This document shows, in pieces, positions 25,601-37,884 of a stretch of 64,000 nt of DNA (positions within the stretch are counted from its first letter, which is position 1; each line of letters begins with the position of its first letter). The notes below the pieces were generated by a model that ran no database searches, was not told the DNA's origin, and saw only the letters and a program-made list of their open reading frames with translations. Position numbers and translations under genes: made by a program. The stretch comes from Chiloscyllium plagiosum. Taxonomy: Eukaryota. The DNA lies in contig NC_057749.1 of assembly GCF_004010195.1 (NCBI RefSeq), positions 9,311,492-9,375,491 of the forward strand, written 5' to 3'.

Positions 25601-27430
25601 CCTCCCACAATCCAAAAGATGTGCAGCCAGGTGAATTAGTCATGCTAAATTGCCCATAGTGTTAGGTGCATTGGTCAGGGGTAAATTTAGGGTGGGGGAA
25701 TAGGTCTGGATAGGTTACTCTTCAGAGGGTCGGTGTAGACTTGTTGGGCCGAAGGACCTATTTCCATACTGTAGGGAATCTAATCGAATCTAATCTCCCA
25801 CCCCCTTCTGCCCACCTGCCTATCTTTTCAATAAGATGTATATCCTTGAATATTCAGCTCCCAGTCCTGTTCCTCTTGCAGCCATGTCTCCGTGATGCCC
25901 ACCACGTCATACCTGCCAATTTTGATCTGTGCCAAAAGCTCATTTACGTTGTTCCTTATACTGCATGCATTCAGATAGAACACCTTGAGTCCTCTTTTAA
26001 CCTTCCTTCTTTTCACTGTCATTCGTTTGTTCAGTGTGCTTGAAGTTTGATTGCTAACCCTTTCCAGACACTGTCCTGTCTGTGCTGAAGATTTTAGTAA
26101 CCTGTCTTGAGTTTTGCATTCTAACCTCCTGTTTTAATCAGGTTTTCTAATTTTCCCTGTATCTTAACATCCCCCCCAGCCCCAATTTTATTTAAAGCCC
26201 TCTGTCCAGATCTAGTTATGAAATTTGCTAAGACTCTGGTCCAAACACGGTTCATAAGAAGACCGTACCATTGGAATAGGTCCCTTCTTCCCCAGTACTG
26301 GTGCTAATGCCCCATGAATTAGAACCCATTTCTCCCACACCAATCTTTGAGCCATGCATTTACCTGCTTAATCTTATTGACCTTGTGCCAATTAGATTAG
26401 ATTAATTTAGATTAGATTTCCTACAGTGTGCAAACGGACCTTCGACCCAACCAGTCCACACCGACCCTCCAAAGAGTAACCCACCCAGATCCATTTCCCT
26501 CTGACTAACACACCTAACCTATGGGCAATTTATAGCCAATTCACTTAACCTGCACATCTTTGGACTGTGGGAGGAAACCATAGCACCCAGAGGAAACCCA
26601 CGAAGGCACGGGGAGAATGTGCAAACTCCACACAGACAGTCGCTCGAGGCTGGAATTGAACATGGAACCCTGGTGCTGTGAGGCAGCAGTGCCAACACTA
26701 AGCCACCATGCCACCCCTTAGCTTGTGGGTTAGCTTGTAATCCAGAGATTATTACTTTTTTGGTTCTAACTTAGCTCCTAACTGTTCATACTCCCTTAGT
26801 AAAACCTCTGCCCTAGTTTTATCTATGTTGCTTGTACCTACATTGCATCGTTATCCTCCCACTCCAAGTTCCTCAGCAGCCCAGATGAAATATCTCAACC
26901 CAAGCACCAGGCAGACAGCACAAACTTCGTGACTCTTGATCCTGGCTCACAGAGAACAATGTCTATTGCCCTAACTGCATTATCCCCAATCACAACAACA
27001 TTTGTCTTTTTTCCCCACACTTGAAGGCTCCCTGCACCACAGCTCATCCTCCCTGCAGTCCCCATTCCCATCCACATGGGGAGCAATGCTCATGAATGTG
27101 TTGGACAAGGAAAAGGTTGAAGTTCCTGCAACTCTTTGTATTGAACAAATTGGAACTAATAAATTAACAAGATTCAATTTAGCACAGATTCAAATTTAGT
27201 AGACCCCTTATTTGCCAATCAAATCACAGCCCTCCTGTGACATCACCTTTCAGTTTCCCACTCAGATTCAGAAACAGAATCAATTACCTTTCCAGGCTGA
27301 TCTCCGCTCGGCTCCTCTTCTGAATTAAAGGCCCTAAGTCCACATGGTAAGTGTTTATACCACTTACCTTCCTAGACTACTCTTTGCCCAGCCCATAGTG
27401 AAGCTCCCAAGTCCATGCAGTAAGTTTTTA
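22680..27430 (-). mobile_element. Near full-length degraded CR1-clade LINE with nested Penelope terminus (~22769-22900) and HE1 SINEs (~25460-25795 plus, ~26389-26716 minus)
   Basis: [67 protein letters not shown]; ORF1 remnant VVVIGDNAVRAID; TCTTATGA tail. Confidence 0.9.
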
Positions 27431-27504
27431 TACCACTGACTTTCCCAAGTTGCACTCTGCACAGCTCCTCTCCCAAATCATTGATATTTCACTTAAAACA
27501 TCCA

Positions 27505-27842
27505 TGATAAATAGACAGGTTCTTTGCCCTAAGTAGGGGGAATCCAGAACTAGAGGGCATAGATTTAGCGTGCGAGGGGAAAGATTTAAAAGGAACCGAA
27601 GGGCAACTTTTTCACACAGAGGGTGGTGTGTGTATGGAAAGAGCTGCCAAGGGAAGTGGTGAAGGCTGGCACAAATGCAACATATAAAAGGCATCCAGAG
27701 GAGTACATAAATAGGAAGAGTTGAGAGGGATATTGGGCCAAGTGCTGGCAAATGGGACTAGATTAATTTAGGATATCTGGTTGGCATGGACGGATTGAAT
27801 CAAAGGGTCTGTTTCTGTGCTGTATATCTCTATGACTCTATC
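27505..27842 (+). mobile_element. CR1-clade LINE 3' end
   Basis: Similar to 20530-20871 including CTCTATGACTCT tail. Confidence 0.9.
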
Positions 27843-29080
27843 TCTACCCCTGCATGGATACACTTATCGCCACCTCTACGTGGGAATCCCAGAAATACTG
27901 ATCATGAGCTGCCGATGCAGTCTCCAAGTTAGTTTCCCAAAGCCACAGTGGAAAACCTGTTCCTGTAACTTGCTGAAAACAAGGACTGTGTCAATAAATA
28001 TACTGTGATTATAAAAGGCAAAGAAGACACTCATTGCTTGGATTCAAGTGTGGAGGCTTGCCATGTGGATGAGGTCAGAGTTCTGCTGAAACCTAATGAA
28101 AAACTGCAATCCAGCACAAACCAGTGTTCTCAAAAAAACAGGAGGTTGATCTTGGGAGAATAAAAAACACAATATAGAGAAAATCAAATATAATTTTCTT
28201 TGTTCCTGCTTATGATTTTGAGGAACTCCTTCCAAGACCAACTGTAAATGACTCTTTAGATTATAAAACACTGTCTAGGATTTTAGAAATTGATCTTAGT
28301 TAAACTTTGGAATCCAGGTGGGTTAGTACAGTAAATGTGAACTCACTACAGAAATAAGGATTGGAAGATCAAATATCATCAGTGCAAGATATTTAATTTC
28401 TATTCATGCAATCTGATCCAAATGCCTTAAGTAAACAATTTAAGTCCTATTGTGCTGTATAATCTGTCACAGTTTAAGAATTTCTTTACTGTACTCAAAG
28501 TCATGTAGAGGACAATTGAGCAATGTATGTATTCCTTTGATTTCAGCATTGTGTGTTGAATCATTAATAATAGGTGAATGACTTGGATCCTTTTGTTTAT
28601 GTTTAATGAAGTGAATCTTTCATATGTTGAAGATTAATTTATTGTTTTCAATCTATGGTCAGCACTGCTGAGCCCTTATTTATTACCCATCTCTAGTGCC
28701 CTGAGAAAGTGATGGTGCTTCTTATTGAAGAGGCAGTTTATTCTCTTCTCTGAAAGTCACTTGTGAACTAGTTGGTTTTTCTAACCTTTAACACAAATTT
28801 AAGGAAGCACATTAACTGAGCAGATTTACTGTGCTGAATTTCACAATTAACCATGGTTATCACCATAGTGAGATTCAAGCTCAATACTTGTAACCATTCA
28901 GTACGAAAGCCATGATACCCAGTGGACCTTCAAGAACTCTGTTACATATCTGAGCAGATTAAAGAAATGAATCTTTATAATAAATACTTTAAATCAAGCT
29001 CAATCTGCCAAAAGTGTATTCAAGTTGGAGCCTGTGGGCTACATGCAGTCCCTGAAGTCCAAGCAAGTTCATTTTTTTTT

Positions 29081-29957
29081 TAGAATTAGATTAGATTCCA
29101 TACAGTATGGAAATGGGCCTTTTGGCCCAACAAGTCCACATTGACCCTCCAAAGGGTAACCCACCCAGATCCATTCCCCTACTGTATATGTTTTTGTTGG
29201 AATATTGCGTGCAATTCTGGTCTCCTTCCTATCGGAACGATGTTGAAAGGGTTCAGAAAAGATTCACAAAGATGTTGCCAGGGTTGGAGGATTTGAGCTA
29301 TAGGTAGAGGCTGAACAGGCTGAGGCTGTTTTCCCTGGAGGGTCGGAGGCTGAGGGGCGACCTTATAGAGGTTTACAAAATTATGAGGGGCTTGGATAGG
29401 ATAAATAGACACAGTCTTTTCCCTGGTGTCGGAAGTCCAGAACTAGAGGGCATAGGTTTAAGGTGAGAAGGGAAAGATATAAAAGAGATCTAAGGGGCAA
29501 CTTTTTCACACAGAGGGTGGTATGTGTATGGAATGAGCTGCCAGAGGAAGTGGTGGAGGCTGGTACAATTGCAACATTTAAAAGGGATTTGGATGGTATA
29601 TGTATAGGAAGGGTTTGAAGGGATATGGGTCAGGTGCTGGCAGGTGGGACTAGATTGGGTAGGGATATCTGGTTGGCATGAAAGGGTTGGACTGAAGGGA
29701 GTGTTTCCATGTTGTACATCTCTATGACTCTATCCCTGACTAATGCACCTAACACTATGGGCAATTTAGCATGGCCAATTCACCTGACTTGCACATCTTT
29801 GGATTGTGGGAGGAAACAGGAGCACCCGGAGGAAGCCCACGCAGACACGGGGAGAACGTGCAAACTCTACTCAGACAGTCACCCGAGGCTGGAATCAAAC
29901 CTGGGACCCTGGTGCTGTGAGGCAGCAGTGCTAACCACTGAGCCACCGTGCCGCCCG
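29081..29957 (-). mobile_element. HE1-type SINE split by a plus-strand CR1 3' fragment (~29195-29732)
   Basis: SINE tail at 29081-29185 and head/V-domain at 29732-29957 flank a CR1 segment ([10 protein letters not shown]...tail). Confidence 0.88.
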
Positions 29958-31949
29958 AGTTTTGGTTGATGTTTCTTATTCTTTTGATCAACCCTATTAA
30001 ATTTCATGAGTCTGAGGGTTTGTAAAGGGCATTGTAAATATTTGTATTGCTGTTGCATTCATATAAAACCCTACAAAGTTTCAGCTACATGTAAGTTAAT
30101 GAGAAGATTAATTTGAACTTTTGACATTGGCCGTAAAGTTCCATGCATTTACAAAAACAGCTCATTCAGGCAAAATGCTCAGATAAATGTCTGCAAATAT
30201 AGCTTTCAAATGCATGTTGCCACCAGTTGCAGCCTCTGATAATTTGTTAGTAAATTTGTTTAAAATTTTACCATTAACTGGTTATTTCCCATTAAAAATA
30301 CTCAGTTGGAAGTATTGGTTGTTTTAAAACAATATAGCAAAAACAATTTAAATTGACCATAGATTCTTCATTGATTTTGTAGAATAGTATCAAATCTCTG
30401 ACAAACAAATACCTGACTTCTCACCGCCAAACCTTTCCAAAATTAGTAAACACTTGAAGCACCAATGGTAAACTCAGGATGTTTGTGTTAAGTACTTAGT
30501 ACTAGGTGAAAGGAATGGACTGTGGTTGTTGGAAATCTGATTAATTAAGATTGTTATAAATTATTTTTTTTTGTTCACATGGGGTAACTGTTAGCTTTGT
30601 GTCACATCTACCGGAAGTACTTCTACAATGTTCAATTACTGAAATATAGAACACAGTTTTTATATTATTGAAAATATCAACTTTGGTGAAAACAAACACA
30701 AGTTCCACTTGCTGTATAAATACATCTTCAGGAGCTTTAAAAAAAAGGTTCAATTACTGAATAAAATACTTGTGCATTTTAGTTCCATTTGTTTTTCATT
30801 TACCTGAGGATGCAGCATCCTCATTAGAGTTCAATTCTATTATACCCACCAACCTTCCAATAGTGTTTGCAAATGGCTACCTGCTTATGTAAATCCAGAT
30901 ACTAAAATTATGGGTACGCTACTCGACCACAAAAACTCAAACTTATTCAGTCCTCACACCCGCAGTTTTCAAAAGGTCACTCGATAGCAGCCTGGATCAT
31001 AACTCCTTGTCAACTGCTCATCTCTTATTATGCCCCTATTCCCAATGCCAGCATCACCACAAGTTCAGTAACTCATAACTCATTGGGTGAGACTTAGACT
31101 TTAAAATGTGGAAAGAATCAAATCAAGTACCGCAAAAAAAATTACAGAAATTTCACTGCGAGTGATTCAGGACTCTAACTACCTTATGTTGTGGTACCTA
31201 AAGGCTTTTAACCTAGTTCAACAGGTCATTCCTCCAAAATTGTCTGTACCCATAAACCAGGCAGTCCCCTATGTTGGAAAGTGGAGATTATAATTGCACT
31301 GCTCCAGGCTGAGGGTAAGATTCATTGCTTTGTGCCAGAGTTCGGCAACTGTGGTCAAATGAAGACAATGTTGATCTTGTGACCAGTATCCAAACCTCTG
31401 ATCAGGTCCACCAAATACAGCAATTAGCCTAAAAAGTAAGTCCAGTGGCATTAAATCAGCATTTTAAATCAGTCGCTTTCTGTGTATAGATTTTTAATAG
31501 TTTGCTACATGGGACAGAGGAGGGGGCATTTCTTTCTTCTGTACTTTTTATCTTTCCGCGTATAAGTATCCTGTTCCAGTCATGAATCTGTTTTTTTCAA
31601 GTGTGCTGCTTCTTGGAAGATTTTATGTTTAACACGAGTTTGTTCAGAACCTTATGGAAATGTGTTCACTTTAGCAAAGCAGTGCAGGGCCAGCATTTCT
31701 TGTGTATTTTTCGCACTGAGTTATTTTGGAAACTCTAGGGCTATTCTTTAAGAATGTTTGGCTAAGAGATATGGCTTCAGAAACAGCATGAGGAAAAAAG
31801 CAGACTCTTAAGGAAGCCTTCACCAAGGGAGGCAGCATATGTGTTCTGAAGTTAGGAATCCTGGGAGAATGGATTGCACAGTTCTGGGATGAAATCAGAA
31901 TCTGAGTTTGATTTCTTGTTGTCACATGAACCAATATGTAGGGGTTTAT

Positions 31950-34920
31950 ATGAAGTGTTGTTTTGCATGCTCTACAGACACATCATTCTATACAAAGTGC
32001 ATCAGGGTAGCAGAACAAAGAGCAGAATGCAGTTTAGGGTGTAGGTTTGCTCGCTGAGGTTTGATATCCAGCCGTTTCATTACCTGGCTAGGTAACATCA
32101 TCAGTGGCGACCTCCAACAAGCTGTTGTCTCCTGCTTTCTATTTATATGTTTGTCCTGGATGCGGTTCCTGGGGTTTGTAGTGATGTCATTTCCTGTTCA
32201 TTTTCTGAGGGGTTGATAGATGGTATCTAGATCTGGAGGTGGCGCCTCATCTTCCGCCTAGGAACCCTCCAACCACACGGGATGAATGTAGATTTCTGCA
32301 GCTTCCTCATTTCCCCTCCCCGCACCTTATCTCAATCCCAACCTTCTGATTCAGCACCGCCCTCTTGACCTGCAATCTTCTTCCCGACCTCTCCACCCCC
32401 ACCCCCTCTCCGGCCTATCACCCTCACCCTCACCTCCTTCCACCTATCATATTCCCAGCGCCCTTCCTCCAAATTCCCTTCCCCCTACCTTTTATCTCAG
32501 CCTGCTTGACACACCAGCCTCATTCCTGAAGAAGGGCTTATGCACCAAACGTCGATTCTCCTGCTCGTCGGATGCCGCCTGGCCTGCTGTGTTTTTCCAG
32601 CACCACATTTTCCAACTCTGGTACTCCAACATCTGCAGTCCTCACTTTCTCCTAGTTTGTTTAGCCTGTCCCAGGATAGATGTGTTGTCCCAGTCGAAAT
32701 GGTGGTTTTTTTCCTCCGTGTGTAGGGTTACAAGGGAGAGAGGGTCGTGTCTTTTTGTGGCTAGCTGGTGTTCGTGTATCCTGGTGGCTAACTTTCTTCC
32801 TGTTTGTCCTACGTAGTGTTTGTGGCAGTCCTTGCATGGAATTTTGGAGACGACGTTGGCACTCCAACCACAACGCCATAAACAAACACATAGATCGAGA
32901 TACCATCTAACATCCTCTCAGAAAATGAGCAGGAGATGATATCACCACAAACCCCAGGAACCACATCCAGGACAAACATATAAATAGAAAGCAGGAGACA
33001 ACAGCTTCGCTTCACTTGGAGGTCGCCACTGATGATGTTACCTAGCCAGGTAACGAAACATCTGGATATCAAACCTACAGCTCAGCGAGCAAACCTGCAC
33101 CTAAACCTCAACCTGAGCTGCAAACCTTCGCAAACCTTGCAGCAGAATACAGTGTTACGAGCCAGAGAGAAGGTGTAAAGAGAGAGAAAGAGAAAGATCA
33201 GAATTAACATTCAAAATCCTGATAACAGCAGGGAAGAAGTTGTTCTTTAATTTGTTCCTACATGTATTCAAATTTTTATATTTTCTGCCCAGTGGAAGCG
33301 GGTGGAGGAGAATATAACTGGAGTGAGGGGGACCTTTGATTATTTTGGCTGCTTTCCAAGATAGCGGAAAGTATAGATGGAGTCAATAGATGGAAGGCTA
33401 GTTTGCATCATCGTACTGTATTCATGATTCTCTGTAGCTTCTTGTGGTCTTGGGAAGAGCAGTTGCTGTACCATGCTGTGATGCTTCCAGATAGGATGCT
33501 TTCTGTGGTACATCTTTAAGGTGAGAGTCTTTCTGGACATGCCGAATTTCCTTAGCCTCCTGAGGAAATAAAGATATTGTTGTGCTTTCCTGGCCGTCAA
33601 GTCAGTGTGGGTGGACCAGGACAGAATGTTGATGATCATCTCTCCCAGAAACTTGATCTTCTTGGCCATGTCCACTTCAGCACCATTGATGCAGACATGG
33701 GCATGCCCTCCTCTCCGCTTCCTTAAGTCAATTACCAGCTCCTCCAACAGTAGTGTTATCCCAGTCGAATTCATGTTGCTTGTCACCTGCGTGTGTGGCT
33801 ACTAAGGATAGCTGGTCGTGTCGTTTCGTGGCTAATTGACAACGCTACTATTATAGGACAAGCCAAACAGAGAACAGCCAGGGAATTTCTAGAGGCATGG
33901 CACTCATCCACAGATTCAATCAATAAGCACATCGACCTGGACCCAATATACCGACCACTGCAACGGACAGCTGGAACTGACAACCGGAAGCGGCAGATTC
34001 AAACCACTATAAATGCCAGAGGAAACATCACAGAAGTGCTTCACAGGAGGCTCCCAAGCACTGAGGATGTCACCTAGACAGGGGACGAAACATCTGCAAC
34101 ACAAATTCCCAGCTCGGCAAACAGAACCACAACAATGATGTTGGTATCCTTGTTAACCAGATGTTCCAGGGATGAGTGGGGGGCCAGGGAGATGGCATCT
34201 GCAGAGTAACTGTTAGAATTAGTATTAGGTTTATTGTCATGTCTACTCAGGTGCAGGGATACAGGAATACAGTGAAAATTTTAGTAAGTCACCATTCAGG
34301 GCACCACCTTAGGTACAAAGTTACCTAAGTACAAAATCTTACAAGAAAAGAAATAAGTTAGAAGTTAAACATCACACTTCTTGTCAGTACAAAGTGGTAA
34401 ATAACAAATCAAGTTTAAAGTTCCAAATTACAGTCCTTGTTTAACCATGAGCCTGCAGTCACCCCATGCTGGGTTTCTCCCGGAAGGGCTTAGTCAAACT
34501 CCCATGCTGGGCTTGATTTCTCTCCCACGCTGGGCTTGATCTTTCGATCCCTGCACTTCCATGCTGCCATGTTGCCTCCAACTGCCATCCAGGCTCGCCA
34601 CAGGCCGTCAGATTCCTGCTCTGGTGTTGCTTCCACAATGCATTATTGACCAGTCCACCAACTCTAAGCAGTCCTATAGAAGACCTTCCGTTGACCAACA
34701 TTGCATTACTTTCTGTACTGGGTCCACAGACATCAATTTCTGCTTGTAAACCAGAAGGAGGAGCTCAGCATTGTGACCTGATTTTCCAAATTGCAGACAG
34801 AGAATGGAGCAATAGCCATTTTTGGTTGAGTGACATTGGTTAAGGATGTTCGGACCTCTTGTGGGACAGGAGATGTGTTGATGGTATTTTGGTAACTTAC
34901 TCTTGAGGTTGGAAGTGTTC
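31950..34920 (-). mobile_element. Rex1/Babar-clade LINE remnants interrupted by Penelope insertions (~32032-33140, ~33746-34135)
   Basis: KFLG....LSWSTHT..TARKAQQYLYFLRRLRKFG (33340-33745); HISCPTRGPNILNQC...FGKSGHNA.LLL.VYKQKL (34674-34937). Confidence 0.75.
32032..33140. mobile_element. Penelope element with inverted termini, carrying a second-family Penelope 3' end (~32233-32655)
   Basis: 32032-32232 is the reverse complement of ~32890-33105; the internal segment matches 840-1120. Confidence 0.85.
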
Positions 34921-35322
34921 ATTTGATTGTTAAGCAAATGCAGGCACTTGATGGCCCAGATGATTGTTTGCCATTAGTTAAATCGTGTCACAATGTAATT
35001 GTGATGAAGACATTGGTGATCTATGTGGTGATACCATTCAAGAAGCAAATTGAGATACTATATTTAGTTCTGAAGATCAGAATAAGGGTGACTTCTTATG
35101 GATTTTAAAATAAGATCTGTGCTCACCCTTCTTCTAATATGCTTTTCTGTATGATGAAGAAATTGTACGAGTTCATTCATATTGTGGTTGCTTTTGATAA
35201 AATTGATGAATTTTGTTATTAGACAGAAATGAATGTCTGTCTCATGGAAGTTGTTATTTATAAATAAAGGATTCAATAATAAAAATGCATTTGGCTCACT
35301 TTGTGCTATGTTTCATGCTGGG

Positions 35323-35632
35323 TTTAGATTACATTACAGTGTGGAAACAGGCCCTTCGACCCAACAAGTCCACACCGACCCGTCGAAGCGCAACCCACCC
35401 ATACCCCTGCATTTACCCCTTACCTAACACTACAGGCAATTTAGCATGGCCAATTCACCTGACCTGCACATCTTTGGACTGTGGGAGGAAACCGGAGCAC
35501 CCGGAGGAAACCCACGCAGACACGGGGAGAACGTGCAAACTCCACACAGTCAGTCGCCTGAGGCGGGAATTGAACCCGGGTCTCTGGCGCTGTGAGGCAG
35601 CAGTGCTAACCACTGTGCCACCGTGACGCCCA
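35323..35632 (-). mobile_element. HE1-type SINE, full length; further copies at ~15273-15412 (-), 51688-51993 (-), 57640-57765 (+), 58826-59103 (-), 61005-61372 (+)
   Basis: tRNA-like head, V-domain and CR1-like tail. Confidence 0.9.
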
Positions 35633-36952
35633 CACGGGTTTGGCACGGACAGTCCCCAAACTGGCAACTCCGCAAAAGCAAGGTAATGGGAGCAATGGCA
35701 TTTCAGCCACTACAAAATGTTAGATGCGTAAGAGTCAACCCCTTACTTCTTGAGTAGAAATTCAGTCTTGGAAACTTGACTTGTGTACGAATATATATGG
35801 TGTCTGAACACTGTCATATTGCTATTTTTGTATACAAAATTGATTGCCACATTTCCTGCAAAATAGCAGTGACTACACTTCAGAAATTTACCATTCACTG
35901 TAAATCGCTTGTCATGATGAATGTGAATTGTGCTATAACAGTGTAAAACTTCTTTCTTTTGTTCTTTTGAACTTAACTGTTAATTTCATCACAGTGCAGA
36001 AGATCTTTTTAACCCATTATGCTTATGAGACTTTTGAAAGAGCTACATTTAGTCCCATTCCCTTGCTATTTCTCTAATGTTCTATAAAACTTTCCATTCA
36101 TTGGTCAGAACATTGAATACAGTAGTTGGGATGTCATGTTGCAGCCATACAGGACATTAGTGAGGCCACTTTAGTATACTGCATACAACTCTGGTCGCCC
36201 TTCTATAGGAAGGCTGTTGTTAATCTTGAGAGGATGCAGAAAAGATATTGCCAGGATTAGAGAATTTGGGTAAGAGGGATATGGGCCAAATGCTGGCACA
36301 TGGACAAGGTCACGTTGTGATGTCTGATCGACGCAGATGAGTTGGACCGAAAGGTTTGTTTCCATGCTGAATGACTCTAAGTACATAACAAACTGTCTTT
36401 CCAAAATAATGACAAAAGTTGGTTCCTGACAACCTTTCTAACAATGCATTCCAGGCTATAACAATTTGTCTAGTGAAAAAACTTTGGCCCTGGCTTTTTG
36501 CCAATATATTAAATCCGTATCCTCTTGTTACTACTCCTCCTGCTGGACGAAACAGTTTCTTCCTATCTATGCTATTAAATCTCTTGACAATATTCAACAC
36601 CTCTGTGAAATCACCCCATAAACTTCCCTCGTTATTAAGAGAAACCACAGTTTCTCCATTCTCTCCCTGTAACTCAATTCCCTCACTGTTGTGGAGTTGT
36701 ATAGTCAACACAGTATTCCTGTCCTCTCCAGTTTTGAAGAAGGGTCTTTTCCTAAACAGTTAGCACATTTTTTCCATTTCAAATGCTGACGGACTTAATG
36801 GGTGTTGGTCTTTGGCCTAGTCCATGCATTTCTATAACTTTTCACAATTTGCTGTTAGAAGACCAGTAACTGCACTTCAATGTAATCTGTTGATTTTAAA
36901 TTATTTCACAATGGGTTAAGATATAGCAAGACATTCAAAAAATTCACATTCT

Positions 36953-36958
36953 TTTATT
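36953..36958 (-). terminator. Candidate distal polyadenylation signal AATAAA of cyp1a (a proximal AATAAA lies at 37551-37556)
   Basis: TTTATT on plus ~630 bp after the stop codon; usage unproven. Confidence 0.5.
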
Positions 36959-37045
36959 TGTTTGTAACAAATTATTCTGTTGGATCTGACATTTCGTCAA
37001 TATAAAAATTATTAATGTTCCTTTATACAGTAAAAAGAAGCATGG

Positions 37046-37258
37046 CAAAAGTGAGGACTGCAGATGCTAGAAACCAGAGTTTAGATCACAGTGGTGCTGG
37101 AAAAGCACAGCAGGTCAGGCAGCATCTGAGGAGCAGCAATATTGACATTTCGGGTAAAAACCCTTCATCAGGAATAGATGAAGGGTTTTTGCCCAAAACG
37201 TCAATTTTCCTGCTCCTCAGATGCTGCCTGACCTGCTGTGCTTTTCCAGCACCACTCT
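37046..37258. repeat. Penelope-derived palindrome downstream of the cyp1a stop codon
   Basis: 37090-37169 and 37177-37256 are inverted repeats, 75/80 matches. Confidence 0.9.
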
Positions 37259-37586
37259 GGAGTAAAAAGAAGCAGTCTAATATCAGTCTAAAATAGTGAA
37301 ATCTTTTATACTTTAAAAAATACATTGTTACATGAGTTACATTTGAACACAGCTTCTCAAACTTCATTTTCTTTACTCTTTGGCTCTGCTTATACGGTAA
37401 GATAATTCTTCATTGGTATTTTAAATACAAGGCATCAGTGGCACAACAGCATAATACATTAATTATAACAGAACATACAATTTAAGGTATAACTATTCCC
37501 TCATACCATTGGTATGTATTTGTAATCTCCAAAAATATAGAGTTCACTTCTTTATTTAGCTCTTGCAGAATTAAGACACTGTCAGG

Positions 37587-37884
37587 TCATTCAGTAGCTG
37601 GGAAACGGTGCACCACTTGCACTTCACATCTCTTGTGTTTCATAGTCAATCCATACTGTGGGGTCATATCAATGTCCTGACCTGGCTTTTTCTCGAATTG
37701 CAGCTGTTGGACAAGAGCAGTGAAAAACAAGAAGATTTCTATGCGGCCAATGGACTCTCCAATACATCTCCTTTTTCCCATGCCAAACAGTAGCAACTTT
37801 TCACTTTCTGCTTTGTTGATGCTTTTTCCATCAGGGTTTAAGAACCGTTGTGGGCAGAAACTAAATGGGTCTTTCCAGAGTGAC
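37587..37884 (-). CDS. cyp1a: CYP1A exon 7 coding part (298 bp including TGA)
   Basis: attttag|[17 protein letters not shown] (PxRF meander), [10 protein letters not shown] heme-binding Cys motif, YGLTMKHK; joined CDS is 1566 bp = 521 aa with consistent phases. Confidence 0.98.
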
